A DNA stretch of 16,184 bases, from NCBI GenBank assembly GCA_038207085.1, contig JBBRAE010000050.1, positions 1 through 16,184 of the forward strand, read 5' to 3'. Origin of the DNA: Armatimonadota bacterium (GTDB taxonomy: Bacteria > Armatimonadota > UBA5829 > DTLH01). Of the stretch, positions 7,166 to 16,184 are shown one piece after another. A program made the position numbers and the translations under genes. Under the pieces are notes generated by a model. The model did not search any database. It was not told the origin of the DNA and was given only the letters and a program-made list of their open reading frames with translations. Each line of letters begins with the position of its first letter. The stretch's first letter is position 1.

Positions 7166-10100
7166 CTAACAGCTCCCATTCAGATACTTATCGATCGTCA
7201 GGCACTCATACGAGTCGCCGTTTCGCTTGGAATGGAGCGCACGCAGGAGCGCCTGGGCGGTGTCAAGCGATGTCAGGCACGAGATACCGTGCTGGACGCT
7301 TGCTTTTCGGATCGCGGCGGCTTCCATTTCGGTCTTTTTGTCTTTGCTCATGGTGTTGACGAGCAGTTCCACCTTGCCGCTTCGAATAAGGTCGAGCATG
7401 TTCGGGTGAGCGCCGTCGCTGATCTTGTAGACCTGCGTTGCTTCGACCCCGTTTGCCTTGAGGAACGTCGCTGTGCCCTCGGTGCTGTAGATATTGAAGC
7501 CGAGTTCGGCGAACTTTCTTATGATCGGAAGCGCCTCATCTTTGTCCTGGTCAGCGATCGTAGCGATCATATCGCCGCCGGTCGGCACTGCGACCCCGGC
7601 TGCAACCATCGCCTTGTAAAGCGCGCGGCTGTAGTCGGTGTCGATCCCCATAATCTCGCCCGTTGACTTCATCTCAGGGCCAAGCGACACGTCGACTTCC
7701 GTCAGCTTCTGGAAGGAGAAGACCGGCGCTTTGACCGCGATGCTCGGCTGCTCTTTGTAAAGCCCGGTGCCGTAGCCCTGCTTTACGAGGCTTTTGCCGA
7801 GGATGACGTTGGTTGCGACCTGGATCATCGGCACGCCCGTGATCTTGGAGAGAAACGGGACAGTGCGGCTTGCTCGGGGGTTGACCTCGATCACCTGCAC
7901 CACGTCGTTTTCGACCACGTACTGCACGTTCATCAGGCCTTTCACCTCAAGCGCGCCGGCAAGCGCGACCGAGTAGCGGATGATCTGGTCGACCACGTCC
8001 TCAGAGAGCGTCTGCGGTGGGCAGACCGCCATCGAATCGCCGGAGTGGACCCCCGCGCGCTCGATGTGCTCCATAATCCCAGGGATCAGGCAGTCGATGC
8101 CGTCTGAGATAACGTCGACCTCGACCTCTTTGCCGACCACATACTTGTCGACCAAAATCGGGGCCTCGGGGGATACATCCACCGCGTACTGCATATAGGA
8201 AAGCAGCTCAAGCTTGTTGTAGACGATCTCCATCGCGCGACCGCCAAGCACCCAGCTCGGGCGAACGATCACGGGGTAGCTGATCTCTTCGGCAACCTCG
8301 ACCGCCGCCTCAACGCTTGTGACGGCGCGACCGGGGGGCTTGGGGATATTGAGCTCGCGCAGGATGCGCTCGAACTTGTCCCTGTCCTCGGCCATAGCGA
8401 TCGACTCGTAGCTTGAGCCAAAGATCGGGATTCCAGCCTTGTGAAGCGGCCCAGCGAGGTTGATCGCGGTCTGGCCTCCAAACTGAACGATCACGCCGTC
8501 GGGCTGCTCCTCTTCGACGATGTTCAGCACGTCTTCAGCCGTAAGTGGCTCGAAGTAGAGCTTGTCGGAGGTGTCAAAATCGGTCGAAACGGTCTCAGGG
8601 TTGTTGTTGATAATAATCGACTGATAACCCGCCTCACGAAGCGCCCAAACGCAGTGGACGCTGCAGTAGTCGAACTCTATACCCTGGCCGATTCTGATAG
8701 GCCCTGACCCAATAACAATCGCCTTGCGCGGCGGCATGGCATCTGCACTCTGCCCTCTGAACTCGGCACTGTCCATAGCGGCTTCGTCTTCGGTCTCGAC
8801 AGTCGAGTAGAAGTACGGCGTTTCAGCCTCAAACTCGGCGGCGCAGGTGTCGACCATCTTGTAGGTGGGTTTCAAATTGAGCTTTTTCGCAAGCCAGCGC
8901 AGGTGGCGCTCGCTTATGCCCGTGAGGTCGCCGATCAGCCTGTCCGGGAATCGGACCTGCTTCGCTTTTCTCAGAAGCTCGATTGCGTGCGGGTCGCTCG
9001 ACATCTGGCCGGAACCGAGCGCCTGAATGCTCTCGGCGTTCTCCTTGATCTCGACTTCAAGCTCGACCAACTCCCTGATCTTTCTGAGGAACCACGGGTC
9101 GATGCTTGTGAGGTCGGCGATCTCGTCGACCATCATTCCGCGCCTGAATGCCTCTGCTATGATGAAGAGTCGCTCGTCGGTTGCACGCTTAAGGCCGTCC
9201 TCGATCTCCATATCACTCAAGAGATCGGGGTTCTTGAGGCGCAGCGAATACTGGCCGATCTCAAGGGAGCGCACGGCCTTCATAAGCGCGGCTTCAAAGG
9301 TTCGGTCGATCGACATGATCTCGCCGGTCGCCTTCATCTGGGTTGTGACGGTGCGGTCTGCGCTCGTGAACTTATCAAACGGCCATCGCGGGATCTTGAC
9401 GACGACGTAGTCGAGCGCAGGCTCAAAGCACGCGAGCGTCTTCTTGGTGACGGCGTTTGGAATCTCGTCGAGCGTAAGCCCCGAGGCGATCTTTGCGGCG
9501 ACTCGGGCGATCGGGTATCCCGTGGCCTTGGAGGCGAGCGCGGATGAGCGGCTGACCCTGGGGTTCACTTCGATGACGCAGTATTCGAAGCTGTTCGGGT
9601 TCAGCGCAAGCTGCACATTGCATCCGCCTTCGATGCCGAGCGCGCGGATGATCTTCAAGGACGCCGTTCGGAGCATCTGATACTCTTTGTCCGAAAGCGT
9701 CTGCGAGGGCGCGATAACGATGGAGTCGCCGGTGTGGATCCCCATCGGGTCGAAGTTCTCCATGTTACAGACGGTGATGCAGTTGTCCGCCCCGTCGCGC
9801 ATCACTTCGTACTCGACCTCTTTCCAGCCAAGCAGACAGCGCTCGATCATAACCTGGTTTCGCATCGAGAGCTTGAGCCCTCGCGAACCGATCTCGATCA
9901 ATTCTTCGGGTGTATAGGCAAAGCCGCCTCCGGTGCCGCCGAGCGTATACGCGGGGCGAACGATGAGCGGCCAGGGCGGGTTGTCGTCAAGAACCGCCTT
10001 CAGCTCCTCGACCGTCTCAACGATCCAGCTCTCCGGGACCGGTTCTTCGATCCTGTGCATGAGCGAGCGAAACTCTTCGCGGTCCTCAGCCATCTGGATC

Positions 10101-10465
10101 GCCTCAAGCGAGGTTCCAAGCAGCTTGACGTTATACTTCTCAAGAATGCCCTCTTTGGCGAGCTGTGTCGCGAGGTTCAGGCCGGTCTGCCCGCCGAGCG
10201 TCGGCAGCAGCCCGTCGGGCCGCTCCTGGGCGATGATCTTCTCGGCGAACTCCACGTTCAGCGGCTCGATATAGACCTTGTCGGCGATCTCCGTATCGGT
10301 CATAATCGTCGCCGGGTTGGAGTTCATCAGGACGACCTCGATGCCCTCCTCCCGAAGCGCCGTGCAGGCCTGTGTGCCCGCATAGTCAAACTCCGCCGCC
10401 TGCCCGATCACGATCGGACCAGACCCGATTACCATTACTTTTTTGATGTCACTGCGTCTTGGCAT
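7166..10465 (-). CDS. carB: Carbamoyl-phosphate synthase large subunit
   Basis: Canonical start [30 protein letters not shown] with SD AGGGAG; duplicated ATP-grasp halves ([42 protein letters not shown]); C-terminal MGS-like domain. Confidence 0.98.
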   Translation of the reverse strand: MPRRSDIKKVMVIGSGPIVIGQAAEFDYAGTQACTALREEGIEVVLMNSNPATIMTDTEIADKVYIEPLNVEFAEKIIAQERPDGLLPTLGGQTGLNLATQLAKEGILEKYNVKLLGTSLEAIQMAEDREEFRSLMHRIEEPVPESWIVETVEELKAVLDDNPPWPLIVRPAYTLGGTGGGFAYTPEELIEIGSRGLKLSMRNQVMIERCLLGWKEVEYEVMRDGADNCITVCNMENFDPMGIHTGDSIVIAPSQTLSDKEYQMLRTASLKIIRALGIEGGCNVQLALNPNSFEYCVIEVNPRVSRSSALASKATGYPIARVAAKIASGLTLDEIPNAVTKKTLACFEPALDYVVVKIPRWPFDKFTSADRTVTTQMKATGEIMSIDRTFEAALMKAVRSLEIGQYSLRLKNPDLLSDMEIEDGLKRATDERLFIIAEAFRRGMMVDEIADLTSIDPWFLRKIRELVELEVEIKENAESIQALGSGQMSSDPHAIELLRKAKQVRFPDRLIGDLTGISERHLRWLAKKLNLKPTYKMVDTCAAEFEAETPYFYSTVETEDEAAMDSAEFRGQSADAMPPRKAIVIGSGPIRIGQGIEFDYCSVHCVWALREAGYQSIIINNNPETVSTDFDTSDKLYFEPLTAEDVLNIVEEEQPDGVIVQFGGQTAINLAGPLHKAGIPIFGSSYESIAMAEDRDKFERILRELNIPKPPGRAVTSVEAAVEVAEEISYPVIVRPSWVLGGRAMEIVYNKLELLSYMQYAVDVSPEAPILVDKYVVGKEVEVDVISDGIDCLIPGIMEHIERAGVHSGDSMAVCPPQTLSEDVVDQIIRYSVALAGALEVKGLMNVQYVVENDVVQVIEVNPRASRTVPFLSKITGVPMIQVATNVILGKSLVKQGYGTGLYKEQPSIAVKAPVFSFQKLTEVDVSLGPEMKSTGEIMGIDTDYSRALYKAMVAAGVAVPTGGDMIATIADQDKDEALPIIRKFAELGFNIYSTEGTATFLKANGVEATQVYKISDGAHPNMLDLIRSGKVELLVNTMSKDKKTEMEAAAIRKASVQHGISCLTSLDTAQALLRALHSKRNGDSYECLTIDKYLNGSC

Positions 10466-10510
10466 GTTGCTCCCTACGGTCGCGGGGTTGGGTAAGTTGG
10501 TCATGTTGGG

Positions 10511-10607
10511 TCGGGATTTCCGAATCCTGATTCCACGCCCGCCAATGTGCTGCGGGATTCGGAAATCCCGCTTTAGTTCTGGGGTGGCGATTCGGAAATT
10601 GCCACCC
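10511..10607. repeat. Cluster of three REP-like palindromes in the carA-carB intergenic region
   Basis: CGGGATTTCCGAATCCTG (10512-10529) is a 17/18 inverted copy of CGGGATTCGGAAATCCCG (10553-10570). A third hairpin, GGGTGGCGATTCGGAAATTGCCACCC (10582-10607), shares the GATTCGGAAAT core. Confidence 0.75.
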
Positions 10608-10623
10608 ATTATTCATCTATATT

Positions 10624-11751
10624 CTAAGCTCCTACGGCCTCGATGAACTTCTTGAACAGATACGCACTGTCTCTCGGTCCGGGCGAGGCTTCCGGGTGAT
10701 ACTGGATCGAGTAAATGGGAAGCTCCTTGTGCTGCATCCCTTCGACTGTGTTGTCGTTTAGGTTCAGCATCGCGACTTCCATTCCCGTGCCCGCAAGTGA
10801 GTCGGCGTCTACGGCGTAGCCGTGGTTCTGGCTTGTGATATATACTCGGCCTGTTATGAGATCTTTGACGGGATGGTTGCCGCCTCTGTGCCCGAACTTG
10901 AGTTTGAACGTCTTGCCGCCAAACGCCCACGCCAGAAGCTGGTTGCCGAGGCAGATGCCGAATATCGGTTTCTTGCCTATCAGCTTCTTGATCTCCTCGG
11001 TCATATAGCCGAGCAGTGCGGGGTCGCCGGGGCCGGGTGAGATCAGAATACCGGCGGGGTCCATCGCGAGAATCTCTTCAGCCTTTGCCCAGCAGGGGAA
11101 GACGGTGACCCTGCAGCCGAGCGCGGCGAGGTTTCTCATGATGTTTCGCTTGACTCCGCAGTCGATCAGAGCGACTCGGGGGCCGTCGGCTCTTGGGATC
11201 GGGCTTCCGGGAAGGGCGTTGCCGCGGTTGGCCTCGACCTCCGCATCGCCGACCCATTCATACTTCTCTGGAGTCGTCACGTGCTTTACAAAGTCGATTT
11301 TGGAGTAGTTCGGCGCTTCAGCTATCTTCTGAAGGAGCTCGTCCTTGGTGTGCTCGGTCGAAATCGAGCCCATCATAACGCCCCGGACCCGGAGGTGCCG
11401 TGTGAGCGCTCGGGTGTCGATGCCCTGGATGCCGACGACCTTGTTTTCTACCAGAAAGTCCTGCAGACTTCCCGTGCTTCTCCAGTTGGACGGCTCATCG
11501 CACATCTGTCGCACGACAAGCCCCGACACCTGCACCTTGTTCGACTCAAAATCCGCGTCGGTCACGCCGTAGTTGCCGATCAGGGGGTAGGTGAGGGTCA
11601 GAAGCTGCCCGCCGTAGCTCGGGTCGGTCAGCATCTCCTGGTATCCGGTCATCGAAGTTGAGAAAACCGCCTCCCCAAACGACGTGCCGGGTATACCTAT
11701 GGATGTCCCTTCGTATGTAGTTCCGTCTTCAAGTGTAAGAATCGCTTTCAA
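10624..11751 (-). CDS. carA: Carbamoyl-phosphate synthase small (glutaminase) subunit
   Basis: LTLEDGT, MTGYQEMLTDPSY, PLIGNYG, SPGPGDP, GICLG nucleophile, GHRGGNHPV, SQNHGY, QYHPEASPGP. Confidence 0.98.
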   Translation of the reverse strand: MKAILTLEDGTTYEGTSIGIPGTSFGEAVFSTSMTGYQEMLTDPSYGGQLLTLTYPLIGNYGVTDADFESNKVQVSGLVVRQMCDEPSNWRSTGSLQDFLVENKVVGIQGIDTRALTRHLRVRGVMMGSISTEHTKDELLQKIAEAPNYSKIDFVKHVTTPEKYEWVGDAEVEANRGNALPGSPIPRADGPRVALIDCGVKRNIMRNLAALGCRVTVFPCWAKAEEILAMDPAGILISPGPGDPALLGYMTEEIKKLIGKKPIFGICLGNQLLAWAFGGKTFKLKFGHRGGNHPVKDLITGRVYITSQNHGYAVDADSLAGTGMEVAMLNLNDNTVEGMQHKELPIYSIQYHPEASPGPRDSAYLFKKFIEAVGA

Positions 11752-11766
11752 GTGTTTCTCCCGTGA

Positions 11767-12363
11767 TCAGGCGAACTGATTGGCTGCAATAAACTCAAGC
11801 GTCTCATCCCGAACGCTCGGCAGTATTCGTCCGAGGCCGACGAGCCCGTCGAGGACCTCGGTAAGCGTCATAATCGAGTGCAGGGTGTATCCTGCGTTTG
11901 CAAGAATCTTCTTGCCGCCCTGCTCGCGGTCGAGAATGATTACTATGTCTTCGACCTTGAGCCCGGCTTCCTTCATCGGCTTGATCGCCTCAAGCTTCGC
12001 GCCGCCGTCGGTGATAACGTCGTCAATGATAACGGCTGTCTCGCCCGCTTCAAACTTCCCTTCGATCAACTTCGCCGTGCCGTAGTCTTTCATCTCCTTG
12101 CGGGGGTAGATCATCGGCTTGCCTGATGCAATCGACGCCGCAACCCCGATCGGCATCCCAGCGTAGGGTAGGGCGGCGATGCGGTCGAACTGGAGCCCTT
12201 CGAGCTTGGCTGCAATCCGCTCGCCGATCATCTCAAGGAGCTTGGGGTAGGTGACGAGCACCCGGAAATCGACGTACACCGGCGAGATAATCCCGCTTTT
12301 CAGCTTGAACTCGCCGAATTTCACGCATCCGGCGTTATAAAGTTGATCGAATAACTCATTCAT
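11767..12363 (-). CDS. pyrE: Orotate phosphoribosyltransferase
   Basis: KFGEFKLKSGIISPVYVDFR, RKEMKDYG, IIDDVITDG PRPP motif, LDREQG. Start ATG 12363 (MNELFDQL) preferred over the long ORF extension. Confidence 0.95.
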   Translation of the reverse strand: MNELFDQLYNAGCVKFGEFKLKSGIISPVYVDFRVLVTYPKLLEMIGERIAAKLEGLQFDRIAALPYAGMPIGVAASIASGKPMIYPRKEMKDYGTAKLIEGKFEAGETAVIIDDVITDGGAKLEAIKPMKEAGLKVEDIVIILDREQGGKKILANAGYTLHSIMTLTEVLDGLVGLGRILPSVRDETLEFIAANQFA

Positions 12364-12412
12364 TTGTGTGTGCTGTGTCCTCTTTGTTGAAACGCGACAT
12401 ACGCGTCGTTCT

Positions 12413-12634
12413 TTAATTTGCCTTGTTAAATCTGTCTTTTGCCTCGCCGACGTTCTTCGAGAGATTGGAAATCTGCTTTCCAAGCTGGCTGATCCCGCGA
12501 ATGGCGAGAGATATGCCCATAACCACCTTGCGCATCCTCCATACCATAAAGAGTACCACGCCGAATGTGGCGACCCAAAGTATAGTCGAAAGCACAAGCA
12601 AAACTATAAGTGTTGTCACAAGTTCATTGTTCAT
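12413..12634 (-). CDS. Small single-pass membrane protein with amphipathic/coiled C-terminus
   Basis: Hydrophobic stretch LVTTLIVLLVLSTILWVATFGVVLFMVW followed by RMRK (positive-inside). ATG lies 1 nt after the hicB stop. Confidence 0.65.
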   Translation of the reverse strand: MNNELVTTLIVLLVLSTILWVATFGVVLFMVWRMRKVVMGISLAIRGISQLGKQISNLSKNVGEAKDRFNKAN

Positions 12635-12635
12635 A

Positions 12636-12866
12636 TCAAGCCGCCTGTATCTCTACTTGCTGAACGACAACCACAGGCTCTCGTTCTTCCGGCACAGGCT
12701 CTCCATCGGCTCGCAGGCCGTCAACGTGAAGCTCAATAGCTTCCTGTGCGTTTGCCAGTGCCTCATCAACAGTCTCACCCTGGGTCAGGCATCCGGGCAA
12801 CGCCGGGACGTGTGCCACCCAGCCGCGGCCTTCTTCATCCCATTCCAAAACAACTGTGTAGCGCAT
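12636..12866 (-). CDS. hicB: HicB-family antitoxin (short, 76 aa)
   Basis: MRYTVVLEWDEEGRGWVAHVPALPGCLTQGETVDEALANAQEAIELHV; SD GGAGG at 12878-12874. Confidence 0.93.
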   Translation of the reverse strand: MRYTVVLEWDEEGRGWVAHVPALPGCLTQGETVDEALANAQEAIELHVDGLRADGEPVPEEREPVVVVQQVEIQAA

Positions 12867-12886
12867 TGTGCAGCCTCCAGTCATGC

Positions 12887-13114
12887 TCAAAGCAGTTCGA
12901 AAAAATCATCCGGGCTCAGGCCCGCCTGATCAAGTATGCTTGCCACGAGCTTCGGCATCAATGTGGTGCCTGAGTGTCGCGGTATCGTCACCCTACCCGG
13001 CAGTGACGGGTGCTTCATTTGCACGTGTGAGCCACGGGTTCGCACTTCTTCCCATCCCGCTCGTTTGAGCGCAGAGATCATCTCTTTCGCCGTAATGCGG
13101 GGAAGGCGTGTCAC
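12887..13114 (-). CDS. hicA: HicA-family mRNA interferase toxin
   Basis: LPRITAKEMISALKRAGWEEVRTRGSHVQMKHP...VTIPRH...SILDQAGL, with the catalytic GSH intact. GTG start overlaps the pyrC stop (GTGA). Confidence 0.93.
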   Translation of the reverse strand: MTRLPRITAKEMISALKRAGWEEVRTRGSHVQMKHPSLPGRVTIPRHSGTTLMPKLVASILDQAGLSPDDFFELL

Positions 13115-14410
13115 GCTCTGGCTCCGGCCACGCCGCACTCAGAAATCTGCACTGACAACTCGCCGAAGGCGACTCTCCCACCCGCGATCGTCGCGACGAC
13201 CTTGCCCCCCAGCTTCCAGCCCTCAAACGGAGTGTTTCGACCCTTGCTCTTGAACTCAGATGCGCAAACAGTCCACTCGGCTTCGGGGTCGATGATCACT
13301 AAGTCGGCGACTGCGCCTTCTGTGAGCGTCCCGCGATCAAGCCCGAGCGCTTTGGCAGGGGCGGCCGCCATCTTATCTACGAGTTCGGGGAGCGTAAGGA
13401 CTCCCTCACCCACAAGCTTGGTTATTCCAAGCGCGAGCGAGGTCTCAAGCCCGACGATCCCAAACGCCGCTGCGGGAAGCTCGACTTCCTTGTCCTCAAG
13501 CGAGTGAGGTGCGTGGTCGGTTGCGATCACGTCGATCGTCCCGTCGGCTAGCCCCGCGCGCACGGCTTCGACATCGGCCTGTGTGCGAAGCGGAGGGTTC
13601 ATCTTGAAATTGGTGTCGTAGTCGGAAAGCGACTCTTCGGTGAGCGACCAGTACTGTGGCCCGGTCTCAGCCGTGACTTTCGCGCCTCGGGCCTTTGCCT
13701 TGCGCACCGCCTCGACCGACCCCGCGCAGCTTACGTGCTGGATGTGGACGTGGCAGCCCGCGAGCTCGCCCAAGAGTATATTTCGCTCGACCATCGAGAC
13801 CTCAGCCGCGCCGGGCATCCCGCGCAGGCCAAGGATCGTCGAGCAGATGCCTTCGTTCATCACGCCGTCTGCGACGAGAGTCTTGTCCTCGCAGTGGACG
13901 AGTGCGGGGAGCCCTAGCATCGATGCATACTCCATCACCCGGCGCATGATAAGCGAGTTTTGGATCGGGTGGGCGTCGTCAGAGACCGCGCAGGCTCCGG
14001 CGTCGGCCATATCTCCAAGCTCAGCCATGTCGGTCCCGCCCATTCCCTTGGTCATCGCGCCGCAGGGTAGGACGTTGATCCCCGCCGCACGGCCACGGTT
14101 CAGCACGAACTCGACCACAGCGCGGTTGTCGGGCGCGGGCGAGGTGTTCGGCATCGCCACAATCGTCGTAAACCCACCGGCAGCAGCAGCGGCAGCACCG
14201 GACTCGATGGTCTCCTTGTGCTCCCCGCCAGGCTCACGAAGATGCACGTGCATGTCAATCAACCCAGGTGCAACGACGAGCCCCGAGCAGTCGACAACGT
14301 CGGCATCTTGCAAGTTGACAGCCGACAGCTGATAGCTGATAGCTCCATCCCCGATGGCGATGTCTCTTACTTCGTCTATGCCGTTTGCCGGGTCTATAAC
14401 CCGTCCGCCT

Positions 14411-14427
<17 letters not shown>
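13111..14427 (-). CDS. pyrC: Dihydroorotase (long, type I)
   Basis: [53 protein letters not shown] at 14427 after SD GGAGG inside the end of pyrB. Confidence 0.96.
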
Positions 14428-15903
<1,476 letters not shown>

Positions 15904-15919
15904 TCAGCTCCCTGATACC

Positions 15920-15953
15920 AAAAAACGCCCCATTGCGCGTGGCAAGGAGGCGT
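15920..15953 (-). terminator. Attenuator terminator of the pyr leader
   Basis: ACGCCUCCUUGC-cacgc-GCAAUGGGGCGU followed by UUUUU. Its 5' arm (CCUUGCCA) can alternatively pair with UGGCAAGG (15990-15983) of the PyrR loop to form the antiterminator. Confidence 0.88.
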
Positions 15954-15981
15954 GTGACGTACAGTTTACCTATTGACCTCG

Positions 15982-16014
15982 ACCTTGCCAGCCTCGCGGG
16001 ACTTGCTTAAAGGT
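15982..16014 (-). promoter_or_regulatory. PyrR-binding loop (anti-antiterminator)
   Basis: ACCUUUAAGCA-AGUCCCGCGAGGCU-GGCAAGGU matches the PyrR consensus UUUAA...ARUCCNGNGAGGYU. Confidence 0.93.
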
Positions 16015-16024
16015 TGTTGTAAGA

Positions 16025-16053
16025 ATTATACCAGCAGACCGCTCCCAAGTCAA
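16025..16053 (-). promoter_or_regulatory. Sigma70 promoter of the pyr operon
   Basis: TTGACT (16053-16048), 17-bp spacer with extended -10 TG, TATAAT (16030-16025), just upstream of the PyrR loop. Confidence 0.88.
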
Positions 16054-16094
16054 CGTCGATTTCACTCCCGACTCATATTTTCAAAAAGAATATA

Positions 16095-16123
16095 TTGACA
16101 TGTCGATGTTTATTGGGTATATT
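16095..16123 (+). promoter_or_regulatory. Divergent sigma70 promoter firing out of the window
   Basis: TTGACA (16095-16100), 17-bp spacer, TATATT (16118-16123), preceded by an AT-rich UP-like tract. Confidence 0.75.
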
Positions 16124-16184
16124 GCCAACACTTTCCTGCTTTTGGGGGACGACTTGTCCGGCGCAAGCCGGTGAGAGGAGCGCA

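Noticed and set aside
10466..10609. 48-aa N-terminal extension of CarB
   Set aside because: It reads through REP-like palindromes; the canonical MPRR start with SD is at 10465.
12364..12597. 78-aa extension of PyrE
   Set aside because: It overlaps the better-supported membrane ORF in another frame; the OPRT fold begins at MNELF.

Overview
Bacterial, GC-rich window. The TonB-dependent receptor implies a diderm host. The Firmicute-style pyr operon and GEMM riboswitches would fit a lineage such as Armatimonadota, but that is inference only. Most of the minus strand (3435-16053) is a PyrR-attenuated de novo pyrimidine operon: sigma70 promoter, PyrR-binding loop/terminator, pyrR-pyrB-pyrC-[hicA-hicB-small membrane protein]-pyrE-carA-carB-[hicB, deleted hicA/DUF433/DUF5615 remnants, aroK-like kinase]-pyrK-pyrD-pyrF. 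It converges on a plus-strand TonB-dependent receptor gene (1041-3341) at a bidirectional terminator. The first 900 bp hold an unusual minus-strand leader with two c-di-GMP-I (GEMM) riboswitch aptamers about 480 nt apart. The upstream aptamer overlaps a ~107-nt terminator-like hairpin. The downstream aptamer has an anti-Shine-Dalgarno helix in front of a 14-codon ORF that runs into paired covarying hairpins, and a 63-codon ORF lies between the two aptamers. Toxin-antitoxin insertions, an AroK-like kinase, REP-like palindromes and 7-bp micro-repeats interrupt the housekeeping operon.
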